The notes under the pieces were generated by a model. The model saw nothing but the letters and a program-made list of their open reading frames with translations, was not told the origin of the DNA and ran no database searches. A DNA stretch of 64,000 bases from Eledone cirrhosa (taxonomy: Eukaryota), in contig OZ024753.1 of assembly GCA_964016885.1 (NCBI GenBank), forward strand, positions 21,328,001 through 21,392,000, in the 5' to 3' direction. Below, one piece after another: positions 40,238-51,789 of the stretch; position 1 is the stretch's first letter, and every line of letters begins with the position of its first letter. A program made the position numbers and the translations under genes.

Positions 40238-41825
40238 CATCATCATCATCATCATCATCATCATCGTTTAACGTCCATCTTCCACGCTTGCATGGGTTTG
40301 GACGGGAATTTTCCCACTTGAGGCAAGATTGGTTGTCTTGCTCGTATAGGACTGTCTGGTGGGTTTTCTACGGCTGGATGCCCTTCCTAACACCAACCAC
40401 GTTTATAGTGTGGACTGGGAGGTTTTTACCATGTTACCTACATGGCCACATTACAGCGTGGACTGTGTGTTTTTTTTGTCGTGACACCTACACAACCTCA
40501 TTTATTTCGGACTGGATGTTGTGGTACCAACATAACTTTACATCGAAAGCGGTGGTGTTGATGGGATGGGGGTAGTGGGACGGGGTGTATTTTTGTTAAG
40601 AGGTGCCTACTGACTGTAGGTTTCACTTTGTACTTAGGCAAGGCGGGTCTTCTGTATTACTGTGTAGCGCCAAAGATCTAGGTCCAGTGACATTGTCTTG
40701 GAGAGGTGTAAGTGTGTGAGGTCGGAATTTATCAAGTCGTCCCAGGTTTTTCTGGGTCTGCCTACTCCGTGGCTACCATCTATTTTTATCGCCCTGCACT
40801 TTTTTATACAGCTGTCGTCTTTCATGCGCATCACGTGGCCATACCAACGTAGTCTTCTCTCGAGTAAACAACATCTGATCCCTCTTATTCCTAATTTCTC
40901 CCTTAGTTCATTTATGCTTTGCCGTTCAGATCCAACGGAGCATGCAAGCTTCGTTCCTCTCCAGTCTGCGTATATCCTCTGCACATAATGCCCATGTCTC
41001 ACTGCCATGTAACATTGCTGTTCATATGCAGCCATCATACAGCCTGCCTTTCATTTTTAAAGAGAAACCTTTAGCGGCTCAACTTTAGCTCTCTGAACTT
41101 TTTCCATCCCATTCTGACTCTAGCTACTGTACTTTCAGAGCACCCTCCATCACTGCTGATTTTGTCACCCAGGTAACGGAAGGTGTCCACTATTTCTATA
41201 GAACCATCTGTGCAATGGAATGAGCTAGTATTCTGTGGGCACTTGCTGCTACTTATTGCACCTGAGCACCAGCCACATATAAAATCTATATTCTTAGTTA
41301 GCTTACCTGTGATCCCACTACATCTTTTATGCACCCATACTTTGTATTTGGGACATAAAATGGAGTTTCTGCCTACTCCTTCCCTACACACTGAGCATGG
41401 CCATTTTTCCAGATGAGACCAGTACCCTATTTTCCTTCCTGCAAACTAGAACTTTAGTCAAGACATTCATCAACACCTAGTTTTCTAAGAGCCCACCAGA
41501 TAATGGGGCGTGGGACTCTGTCAAAGGCTTTCTCCAAGTCAACAAAAGCTAAGTATAGGGGTTTACTTTTAGCTAGGTACTTCTCCTGTAGTTGTTGTAC
41601 AATGAAAAGAGTGTCTGTGGTACTTTTACCTGACACAAACCCGAGCTGCATTTCATCTAGATCTCTGATTAGTTGCGCTATAACTCTTTCTGTGACCTTC
41701 ATGACCTGGTCAATTAATTTAATGCCTCTATAGTTTCCCCTATCTAGGACATCTCCTTTACCCTTGTAGCAGTAAATGATGATGCTGCTATGCCAGTCCT
41801 TCAGAGCAACCCCATTCTGTATGAC
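40238..41825 (-). mobile_element. RTE LINE, 5'-truncated and internally deleted, with a long 3' UTR
   Basis: RT motifs (AFVDLEKAFDRVPR), C4HC3 finger remnant, RRLRWYGHVMR...GRPRKTW; 3' end GGACGTTAAAC(GAT)n at 40238-40280. Confidence 0.92.
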
Positions 41826-42543
41826 TTTTAACTCTGTAAGGAATAATATTCGTTAAATGGGCGATTTGTCTTAAATGTTATCAACTCTATATATTCCAAA
41901 ATGGGGTAGATCTTTCTGATTTATATGAGGATTACATTTCCGTATTGAATGTGTGTGAGGAAAGAAAAGAAAAAATGATACATTAAACATTTCATCAGTG
42001 TATTTCTTATGAAATATTGTGTATTTGAACTAACTAATGAAGAATTTGCTAAAATTATTGATTATATTTAGATTATATTACAAAAATATTTGTGATATAA
42101 TCTAATGAAAGTTTTTTTTTTTATATTATGTTGGGAAATTTAAATTTAAATAGGACCCTTTAAAATGTGTGTTTCATAGAATCAGATCTAGTTTTAACCA
42201 AAAGGGTTAAATAGGAACCCTTTAAAAAGGGTGGCTTTCTTTCGTAGAACAAGAGTCAATTTGAGGTGGGTTGTTATCAAAAGAGTTAATATTTATTTGA
42301 GAGAAAGGCATCTGAGAAGCAGTTCAGGAATCTCCATCCTTTTGCAGATAATTGTTTTAATAAAATAAATACCAGTCAAATATTGGATCAATATAATCGC
42401 CTTCCCCTCCCCACCTCACAACCCATTGATTTTATGTCTTTAGTTGTGAGTCATCATCTTTCAGTGTATACTGAGCTGGTTTAACCATTAAGCAAAATAA
42501 GCATAAGCTGAGGGCATCAAGGGAAGATACCATATTATTCGAA

Positions 42544-42770
42544 TTAACCCTTTTGGTACCAACCCAGCCAAACCTGGCTCTGGTTCTGTGAAAGAAAACC
42601 ATCCATTTCAATTTAAATTTAAATCTTCCAACATGATATTATACAAGAACCATATGTCAAGTTGTTATACTAGAAACAAAATAATTAATAATTTGAGTAA
42701 ATCCTTCAAAATTCTGCATGTATTAATAGAAAGAGAGTATATTTCATTATAAATATGGTCACAAAAACAT
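42544..42770. mobile_element. TTAA/CCCTTT MITE family member
   Basis: TTAACCCTTTTGGTACCAACCCAGCCAAACCTGGCTCTGGTTCTGTG is the inverse of 58575-58625. Confidence 0.55.
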
Positions 42771-42999
42771 TTTTGCATTCTTTATATATGAGGGGCGGGG
42801 CACCATAATCCTTTTAGTTCTTTGGGCCTCAGAAGGACTTAACCAAAGTCTGAGAGTATATTATCATCTTAGAGTTTGTTAAACAAGAAAAGTATTTTAA
42901 CTCTACACAGGAATCTTAGGAAAAATTGCGTGATAGTTTATTACTACAGGGATTTTATATAAATCCGCCATGGATTGGTAGATTAGACTTAATTGTAAT

Positions 43000-43953
43000 T
43001 TAGGAATCTTCACAAGAGAGTTTAAGACTGGTTGTCTATGGGAACTTCTCTATGCAGATAAAGAACTAGAGAATAAGTTCCAACTATGGAAACAGAATTT
43101 GGAATCAAAAGGTCTGAGAGTAAACTTAGCCAAATCTAAAGTGCTAGTAAGTAGGAAAGAAAATAGTATCCTGGTTTCTCAGGGAAGTGGTCCAGCTCAC
43201 TATGATGAAAAGGAGTAGGCATAAAGTCTATATGATGTACACAATGTAAATCCTGGGTACACAAGAAATGTAGTGGGATAACAGGTAAACTAACAGAAAA
43301 GGAAGACCTCGTATGTCAATGCACACGGGTAACCAAGGGTAAGAGCATCAATGATGTAAATCTTTTTCAATCACAGGAAGTATCTATAGAAGTGGCTGAT
43401 AGCTTCTGCTATCAATGTGACCTAATTAGCAGTGAAGGGTGTTTTGAGAGCAGAGCTATACCCACTGTTGACAGGAATAGGTTTCTTCTTGCATACAAAA
43501 GCACGACTGTATGATGCATGTGTGCAAAGTGTGATGCTGCATGTTACTAAAACATGGGCATTGACTACAAAGGACATGCATTGGCAAGAGATGAATGAAA
43601 CAACCATGCTTCATTGGATGTGTAATGTAAATGTGAGAGAAAGGCTGAGCCTGGATGAAGTGAATGAGAAACTGGGTTAAAGAGGAATCTGAAGATGTGT
43701 GCAAGAGAGAAGACTGCGCTGGTATGGACATGTGAAGAAGTGGGTGAAGAAGTGCCAGGAAATCCCAGTGGTAGGAATCTGCAAAAGAGGTAGACTATGG
43801 AAGACCTGGGCAGAGGTGGTGAGAACTGATCCCAAATCACTGAGACTTACAGATAAGATGACAAAAGAATGTGGCAAATGGAGAGATGTTTGCTGAAAAG
43901 GACCCATCCAACCCATGCAAGCATGGAAAAACATGTAAAAAGGATGATGATGA
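43000..43953 (+). mobile_element. RTE LINE 3' fragment, degraded
   Basis: WELLYAD remnant, RRLRWYGHV, 3' end CCAACCCATGCAAGCATGGAAAA...(GAT)n; homologous to 59903-60900. Confidence 0.9.
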
Positions 43954-44210
43954 TATGTCTGTGTATGTATATATATATATGCGTGTGTGTACATGCATGT
44001 GTATGTGTATATATATATATATATATATATAGTATAATTAAAATTTCATAGACTTAACATGTATGTACAACCTTGCGTTTTGGGGTCCAGTTACAACCAT
44101 TCTAATACTGGTCTCTCATTGAGTGCAAGGACAAAATTACAAAAGTTAGCTCACAAAGTTTTGAATGCTAGGGGTTAGAATCTTTGAAACATGCATATGC
44201 ATAATATGTA

Positions 44211-45264
44211 CAGGGTGGGGCAAAAGTTTGGAAGCAAATAAAAATGCTATTAATAACAAAACTACAAACTTTATTGACCAGTTTCATATATGTAATTTTA
44301 CACAAATATCTTTAGAATATAATGTATAGAGGTTATTCAAAATAGCTCCCTCATGCAGCAATAACAGCCTCTAACCTTTTTCAAACATCTTTCAACATTT
44401 CTTTCAAAGTGCTCAGTAAAGATGCCTTTAAATCATCGACTGTCTTAAGGACTTTTGAACAGGCTTTTTCTTCAAGGATAGACCATAGTGAATAGTCCAT
44501 ATGCCAAAATGTTGCAGAAACAATCATAGGCTCCAGAATACCATTTACTGATTTTTGTCCTTTCTTCCACAAAAATGAGAGGAAACTTCCAAGATGATGA
44601 AACATCCTCCCATAAGCTGGTTTCATTGTATGGAATACAGATGTTTGGTCAACACTGATTGCTGATGCTATTTTTCCAATGACTCAATCATTTCTTCAGT
44701 TGTGTGTCTGCTCAACTATGAACTCTTTTCATCTGACCAGACAATTTCCTCCGCCATGCCACATTTCATTTCTTTAAGCTTCTCTCTAGCCTTTTTCTGT
44801 TTCATCTTTTCAGAAAGGGTTTGTCACTTCTGAAAGGTGAAGGAAGACATTGCCAAGTCATCAGTGATGATCCTCTCATTGTCCTAAGGTTTTAGGACCT
44901 TTTCAGATCTCTTCTTATCCTTTCTCAAACAACCATAATGAGAGTAGGAGTCCATTTAGTTCGTGGTCTTCCACTTCTGGGTTTCTATGACAAATCCTGC
45001 TCTTTAAAACGCTTCACAGCTTTCCAAACAGTAGATCTTGCAACTAAATGTAACTTTGCAGTATCCAAATCTGACTTCCCTGTGTGATGAAGTTTGAGTA
45101 TCATTTCTCGATTGGATGACATTTTCAAATTCTTTAAGAAATTCAAACTAAGTCCAATATCTTTACATACACTAATGTTTTACCATGAAAATAAAAGAAT
45201 ATTAATATAACACTTTTAAAAATCAAATTTCAAAAATTTGCTTCTGAAGTTATGCTACACCCTA
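44211..45264 (-). mobile_element. Tc1/mariner element, probably maT/DD37D type, with a decayed transposase (ATG 45122 to stop 44333)
   Basis: 29-bp imperfect TIRs (CAGGGTGGGGCAAAAGTTTGGAAGCAAAT, 22/29 match) with TA flanks; motifs RSTVWKAVKRF, RSGRPRT, IVWSDEK, MDYSLWSILE, RLEAVI. Confidence 0.85.
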
Positions 45265-45539
45265 TATATATGTGTATACATATATATATATATATATATA
45301 GGTTTGATTAAAACAACAGGAGGCCGAGCTGGTGATGTTTTATTGTACAAAAACAAAATATATATTTCAATGGCCTGTTAACATCCTAGCAACATCATCA
45401 GGTGTGGATTGCATAATTAATTAATCAATAAAGGAATTACTGCATACAAAAACAGAAAAAATATTTGATCCGGGTACGGCCTGCAATCTAGGTATTATCA
45501 TTGTCACCGGTGATCCTCAAATCAAATATCTTATGTTTA

Positions 45540-45852
45540 AAATAAACCTCATTTGGTCATTCTATAAGAGTATCTTGGTCAGCTTAGGAACTTTTCAGTC
45601 GACCCTCAAATATATATTATGTGTGTGTATATATATATATATATATATACATACACACACATACACAATGGAGGGCTGAAAAGTTCATATGCTGAAGTGA
45701 TGCTAGTGCTGTGAAATCTTGCATGCATTACTTTCAACTCTTCTTATTAATAGCTGCAATGTCCCTTTCCAGGAACTATATTGAAAAATAAACCTCATTT
45801 GGTAATTCCATGAGAGTATCTTGGTCTGCCTACATTTTCGTCGACCCTCGTA
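45540..45852. mobile_element. Mariner-derived MITE (45668-45852) plus an upstream 3' end of a second copy (45540-45608)
   Basis: AAATAAACCTCATTTGGT...GAGTATCTTGGTC...TCGACCCTC is repeated; the left end GGCTGAAAAGTTC is the inverse of GAACTTTTCAGTC; ends ACCCTCGTA. Confidence 0.55.
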
Positions 45853-46161
45853 TTATATGTATAAGATCTATCTGTTATATGACCTGGTACTAAACTCCAG
45901 TGCCAAGAAACCTTCTTTGTCATTATAATAACAATAGAAAGTGAGAATTGTGATTCAGTATTTCATTTTATTTTTTTCCAGTTTGAAAATTCAAACAGTT
46001 GGAACAATTTACAAAATTTTCAGAAACCCCAAATCAATTACAAATCGAAAAACAAATTTTTAATCTGATTAGAATACAATTTCAGGTATATATTGCAATA
46101 AATAACTGAATTTACTCTCACCCTCTCTCTCTATATATAAATCTTTATACTTTGACCTCGG

Positions 46162-46361
46162 NNNNNNNNNNNNNNNNNNNNNNNNNNNNNNNNNNNNNNN
46201 NNNNNNNNNNNNNNNNNNNNNNNNNNNNNNNNNNNNNNNNNNNNNNNNNNNNNNNNNNNNNNNNNNNNNNNNNNNNNNNNNNNNNNNNNNNNNNNNNNNN
46301 NNNNNNNNNNNNNNNNNNNNNNNNNNNNNNNNNNNNNNNNNNNNNNNNNNNNNNNNNNNNN
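46162..46361. other. Assembly gap (200 N), likely a scaffold join of unknown true size
   Basis: Run of exactly 200 N. Confidence 0.99.
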
Positions 46362-46504
46362 TAAATTATAGAGAGGGGGAATGATCTATTATAGAGAGAG
46401 GGAAGAGCGATGGAGACAGTAAAGCTAAGAAACTATAGGGAGGTGTGTAGGATACATACATACATAATACATACATACGACGCTCAGCTTTATAATATTA
46501 TAGA
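46362..46504 (-). mobile_element. 5' end of a non-autonomous Helitron running into the gap
   Basis: Minus strand A|TCTATAATATTATAAAGCTGAGCG then (TATG)n, paralleling the Helitron head at 54982; shares AATTATAGAGAG with that element. Confidence 0.5.
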
Positions 46505-46523
46505 TGTCTCTGTGTGTGCGTAT

Positions 46524-46573
<50 letters not shown>

Positions 46574-47089
46574 AATTCTTTTTAATATATTGAATCAGAT
46601 TATTGGACTTGCTATTCAGCTGTAGAGAAATATTCCATACACTCTGTTTAGACGATGGCTTTTGTTGCCGTCTCTTTTTGTTAATAATATAAAGGATGAG
46701 TAGAATAAAATTGATCTGCACTGGCGTTGTACGTCTTAGAAGCCGTAAATCCAATTTAAATACTACACTGTACTTGATATAGTTAACAACCTCTAATAAT
46801 AAACCAGTATTGGAAGTTTTAAGTGATTTTATTGTAATTTCTAGTGGTCTACATAGATTTATGATTAGGTTTGGTTAACAGTTACAAATAGCATATCCAT
46901 GTATGTCTAATGAAGAGAGGAGGAAATTGAGATGTTGTGCTATTGATTAGTTTTGGTTTGGTTTTGTTTGTTTCCATTGCTTTTAGGCAAACCAGTAGAT
47001 TTTAATATAGAAGTTTTATAATGTGTTGTATGTAGGGACTAGGGGTGGAGATATGTGCTGAGTCATCATGGAAATATTTAATTTTGATC

Positions 47090-47460
47090 AACGCACATAC
47101 ATACTTACACACACACTCTCATACTTACTTACACACATACATACTCACACTCACACACACTCACATACATACATACTCAAACACACACACACACTCACAT
47201 ACACACATACTCTCTCTCACACACACACTCACATACACACATACTCACACACACACTCACACATACTCACACACACACTCACACATACACTCACACACAC
47301 ACTCACTCACACGCACATACACACATACTCAAACACACTCACACACTCACATACACAACACATACTGTCTCTCACACACACATACACTCACACACACACT
47401 CACACACACATACTCACACACACACACACTCACATATACACACACAAACACACACAACAC
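47090..47460. repeat. Degenerate (CA)n/(CACT)n microsatellite
   Basis: Read directly; produces the His/Thr-rich spurious ORFs. Confidence 0.92.
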
Positions 47461-47678
47461 ATCTATATAAACAGAAAAATATCTATAGTATCATCATCAT
47501 CATCATCTCTCTACATATATACATGTATGTTGCCAAATTAATTAAAAAAAGATTGTTACCAAATTGTGCACTGTATATTCTTAGACATATGGTAAGAAGG
47601 GTTAATGACTGCTCTTATAAATCACACTTATCTATCAGCTATGCATCTGAATTTTTTACCTATATATATATATTATTT

Positions 47679-50490
47679 GTGTACCACAAAACATTCAGCC
47701 CACACTGTAAAGTAGTTGTGTAGGTGTCACAGCAAAAGGCACCCAGCCCACACTGTAAAGTGGTTGTGTAGGTGTCACAGCAAAAAACACCCAGCACACA
47801 CTGTAAAGTGGTTGTGTAAGTGTCACAGCAAAAGGCACCCAGCCCACACTGTAAAGTGGTCGTGTAGGTGTCACGGCAAAAGGCACCCAGCACACACTGT
47901 AAAGTGGTTGTGTAAGTGTCACAGCAAAAGGCACCCAGCCCACACTGTAAAGTGGTCGTGTAGGTGTCACGGCAAAAGGCACCCAGCACACACTGTAAAG
48001 TGGTTGTGTAAGTGTCACAGCAAAAGGCACCCAGCCCACACTATAAAGTGGTCGTGTAGGTGTCACGGCAAAAGGCACCCAACCCACACTGTAAAGTGGT
48101 CGTGTAGGTGTCACGGCAAAAGGCACCCAGCACACACTGTAAAGTGGTTGTGTAAGTGTCACAGCAAAAGGCACCCAGCCCACACTGTAAAGTGGTCGTG
48201 TAGGTGTCACGGCAAAAGGCACCCAACCCACACTGTAAAGTGGTGGTGTAGGTATCACAGCAAAATGCACCCAGCACACACTGTAAAGTGGTTGTGTAAG
48301 TGTCACAGCAAAAGGCACCCAGCCCACACTGTAAAGTGGTTGTGTACGTGTCATGGCAAAAGGCACCCAGCACACACTGTAAAGTGGTTGTGTAAGTGTC
48401 ACAGCAAAAGGCACCCAGCCCACACTGTAAAGTGGTTGTGTACGTGTCATGGCAAAAGGCACCCAGCACACACTGTAAAGTGGTTGTGTAAGTGTCACAG
48501 CAAAAGGCACCCAGCCCACACTGTAAAGTGGTTGTGTAAGTGTCACAGCAAAAGGCACCCAGCACACACTGTAAAGTGGTTGTGTAAGTGTCACGGCAAA
48601 AGGCACCCAGCCCACACTGTAAAGTGGTTGTGTAGGTGTCACGGCAAAAGGCACCCAGCACACACTGTAAAGTGGTTGTGTAAGTGTCAAAGCAAAAGGC
48701 ACCCAGCCCACACTGTAAAGTGGTCGTGTAGGTGTCACGGCAAAAGGCACCCAGCCCACACTGTAAAGTGGTGGTGTAGGTATCACGGCAAAATGCACCC
48801 AGCACACACTGTAAAGTGGTTGTGTAAGTGTCACAGCAAAAGGCACCCAGCCCACACTGTAAAGTGGTTGTGTACGTGTCATGGCAAAAGGCACCCAACA
48901 CACACTGTAAAGTGGTTGTGTAAGTGTCACAGCAAAAGGCACCCAGCCCACACTGTAAAGTGGTCGTGTACGTGTCACGGCAAAAGGCACCCAGCACACA
49001 CTGTAAAGTGGTTGTGTAGGTATCACGGCAAAAGGCACCCAGCACACTGTAAAGTGGTTGTGTAAGTGTCACAGCAAAAGGCACCCAGCCCACACTGTAA
49101 AGTGGTTGTGTAGGTGTTACGGCAAAAGGCACCCAGCACACACTGTAAAGTGGTTGTGTAAGTGTCACAACAAAAGGTACCCAACCCACACTGTAAAATG
49201 GTTGTGTAGGTATCACGGCAAAATGCACCCAGCACACACTGTAAAGTGGTTGTGTAAGTGTCACAGCAAAAGGCACCCAGCCCACACTGTAAAGTGGCCG
49301 TGTAGGTGTCACGGCAAAAGGCACCCAGCACACACTGTAAAGTGGTTGTGTAGGTGTCACGCAAAAGGCACCCAGCACACACTGTAAAGTGGTTGTGTAA
49401 GTGTCACAGCAAAAGGCACCCAGCCCACACTGTAAAGTGGTTGTGTAGGTATCATGGCAAAATGCACCCAGCACACACTGTAAAGTGGTTGTGTAAGTGT
49501 CACACCAAAAGGCACCCAGCCCACACTGTAAAGTGGTTGTGTAAGTGTCACAGCAAAAGGCACCCAGCCCACACTGTAAAGTGGTCGTGTAGGTGTCACG
49601 GCAAAAGGCACCCAGCACACACTGTAAAGTGGTTGTGTAGGTATCACGGCAAAAGGCACCCAGCACACTGTAAAGTGGTTGTGTAAGTGTCACAGCAAAA
49701 GGCACCCAGCCCACACTGTAAAGTGGTTGTGTAGGTGTTACGGCAAAAGGCACCCAGCACACACTGTAAAGTGGTTGTGTAAGTGTCACAACAAAAGGTA
49801 CCCAACCCACACTGTAAAATGGTTGTGTAGGTATCACGGCAAAATGCACCCAGCACACACTGTAAAGTGGTTGTGTAAGTGTCACAGCAAAAGGCACCCA
49901 GCCCACACTGTAAAGTGGCCGTGTAGGTGTCACGGCAAAAGGCACCCAGCACACACTGTAAAGTGGTTGTGTAGGTGTCACGCAAAAGGCACCCAGCACA
50001 CACTGTAAAGTGGTTGTGTAAGTGTCACAGCAAAAGGCACCCAGCCCACACTGTAAAGTGGTTGTGTAGGTATCATGGCAAAATGCACCCAGCACACACT
50101 GTAAAGTGGTTGTGTAAGTGTCACAGCAAAAGGCACCCAGCCCACACTGTAAAGTGGTTGTGTAGGTGTCACGGCAAAAGGCGCCCAGCACACACTGTAA
50201 AGTGGTTGTGTAGGTGTCACAGCAAAAGGCACCCAGCCCACACTGTAAAGTGGTTGTGTAGGTATCACGGCAAAATGCACCCAGCACACACTGTAAAGTG
50301 GTTGTGTAAGTGTCACAGCAAAAGGCACCCAGCCCACACTAAAGTGGTTGTGTAGGTGTCACGGCAAAAGGCGCCCAGCACACACTGTAAAGTGGTTGTG
50401 TAGGTGCCACGGCAAAATGCACCCAGCCCACAATGTAAAATGGTCGTGTAGGTGTCACGGCAAAAGGCACCCAGCACACACTGTAAATGT
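47679..50490 (+). repeat. 48-bp minisatellite (~58 units; AAAGGCACCCAGCMCACACTGTAAAGTGGTTGTGTARGTGTCACRGCA) derived from an RTE UTR motif
   Basis: CACACTGTAA at 47701, 47749, ...; 96-bp dimer alternation; 621-bp internal duplication. Confidence 0.97.
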
Positions 50491-50646
50491 GGTTGGTGTT
50501 AGGAAGCGCATTCTGCTGTAGAAAAAGAACCAGAAACAGTCCTATATGAGCAAGACATGGTCACCTGGCCCAACTTGCCTTAAATGGGACAAACCTGTCT
50601 AATCCATTCTAGCATGGAAAGGAGACGTTAAACGATAATGATGATG

Positions 50647-50648
<2 letters not shown>
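50491..50648 (+). mobile_element. RTE 3' UTR and tail continuous with the minisatellite
   Basis: GGTTGGTGTTAGGAAGCGCATTC...CAGTCCTATATGAGCAAGACA...GACGTTAAACGATAATGATGAT is collinear with the reverse complement of 40238-40400. Confidence 0.88.
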
Positions 50649-50692
<44 letters not shown>

Positions 50693-50698
<6 letters not shown>

Positions 50699-51525
50699 AT
50701 AGAGAAATTAATGTAAGCAAGAAGCCAACAGTAATTCAGACATATAAGTGACTATAACGTCAAGATGAAAAATATTTAACGTAAGATATGGGAAAATAAT
50801 TTAATCCCAATTCAAAACAAGTCAAGACCAGAAATTTTATCCACAGATTTAGTGTAATCCGTGGAAAAAACCAATAGAACCTTAACTCAAAATAAAATTA
50901 AGAGTAAATACTTATCCGTCAATTTGGAAAAATCTACAAATGCACTATATAGTCTTAAAAAGACTATTTCACGAAACTTTTCAGTGGGGTTAGTCACGGT
51001 TGGAATCGTTCCTCAGTAGTGCTCAACAATGTTAACTAAGACAGCTAAAATATGCCAGAGAGGAATTTAAAAGCAGGCTAGTCAAATCTCATGTGGAATT
51101 GAATTAATAAACACATATGGAGACAGTGCTAGTGACGTCAGAATGAGACGAATGTCTGTTTACAAGAAACAGCAGTCAAAACATTCCGAAAAAAAACTCA
51201 ACAAAAGATATAGAGTTCAGCATAAAGCAATATTATCGCGTTTTTTTTTTTTTAAACCGGGATTAGTCACAAATAATTTTAAGCACTCAAGGAAAATTTC
51301 CGAGTATAAATATAAATGAAAATAGAGAAATTAATGTGAGCAAGAAGCCAACAGTAATTCATACATATAAGTGACTATTACGTCAAGATGAAAAATATGA
51401 TATGGGAAAATAATTTAATCCCAATTCAAAATAAGTCAAGACCAGAAATTTTATCCACAGATTTAGTGTAATCTGGGGAAAAAAACCAATAGAATCTTAA
51501 CTCAAAATAAAATTAAGAGTAAATA
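50693..51525 (-). mobile_element. Non-coding 623-bp unit in partial tandem (direct repeats 50693-50910 and 51316-51525) carrying a hammerhead; retrozyme/Penelope pLTR-like
   Basis: Near-identical ~215-bp repeats offset by 623 bp; hammerhead in the intervening unique segment. Confidence 0.7.
50942..51022 (-). ncRNA. Type I hammerhead ribozyme, apparently intact
   Basis: Minus strand: GCACUA-CUGAGGA-ACGA-(31 nt)-UCGU-GAA-AUAGUCU-uuuua-AGACUAU-A^UAGUGC. Stem I 6 bp, stem II 4 bp, stem III 7 bp; all core nucleotides present. Confidence 0.85.
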
Positions 51526-51532
51526 AATAAAT

Positions 51533-51780
51533 AGAGGAGACTGAGGTTAGCTGGACATGCTCACCGACATCCAGAGTTAACATTGCACTCAGTGCTCCTT
51601 TGGGAGCCCCTAGATGGACACACTAGAAGAGGAAGACCAAGGTTAACGTATGTTGATGCCCTAAGGACAGACACTGGTCTGTTGGAGACGCAGGACATGG
51701 CAGCGATAATGAGGGACAGAGACCGCTGGAGAGAACTCGTCCATGGATCTCGGGAATTTTACCCGCCATAGAATAGAATA
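51533..51780 (+). mobile_element. 3' fragment of a second RTE/RTE-X-like LINE family
   Basis: RRLRLAGHAHRH...LLWEP..G.TRRGRPRLTYVD...DRDRWR, followed by a short (ATAGA)n tail. Confidence 0.8.
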
Positions 51781-51789
51781 TATAGTGCA

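Noticed and set aside
46152-46364. ORF spanning Ns
   Set aside because: Artefact of the assembly gap.
47045-47541. His/Thr-rich ORFs
   Set aside because: Translation of a (CA)n-type microsatellite.
47660-50355. Long Cys/His-rich repetitive ORFs (up to 748 aa) resembling zinc-finger or metal-binding proteins
   Set aside because: A 48-bp unit divisible by 3 is open in several frames on both strands. There is no C2H2 spacing, frameshifts are tolerated, and the unit derives from an RTE UTR.
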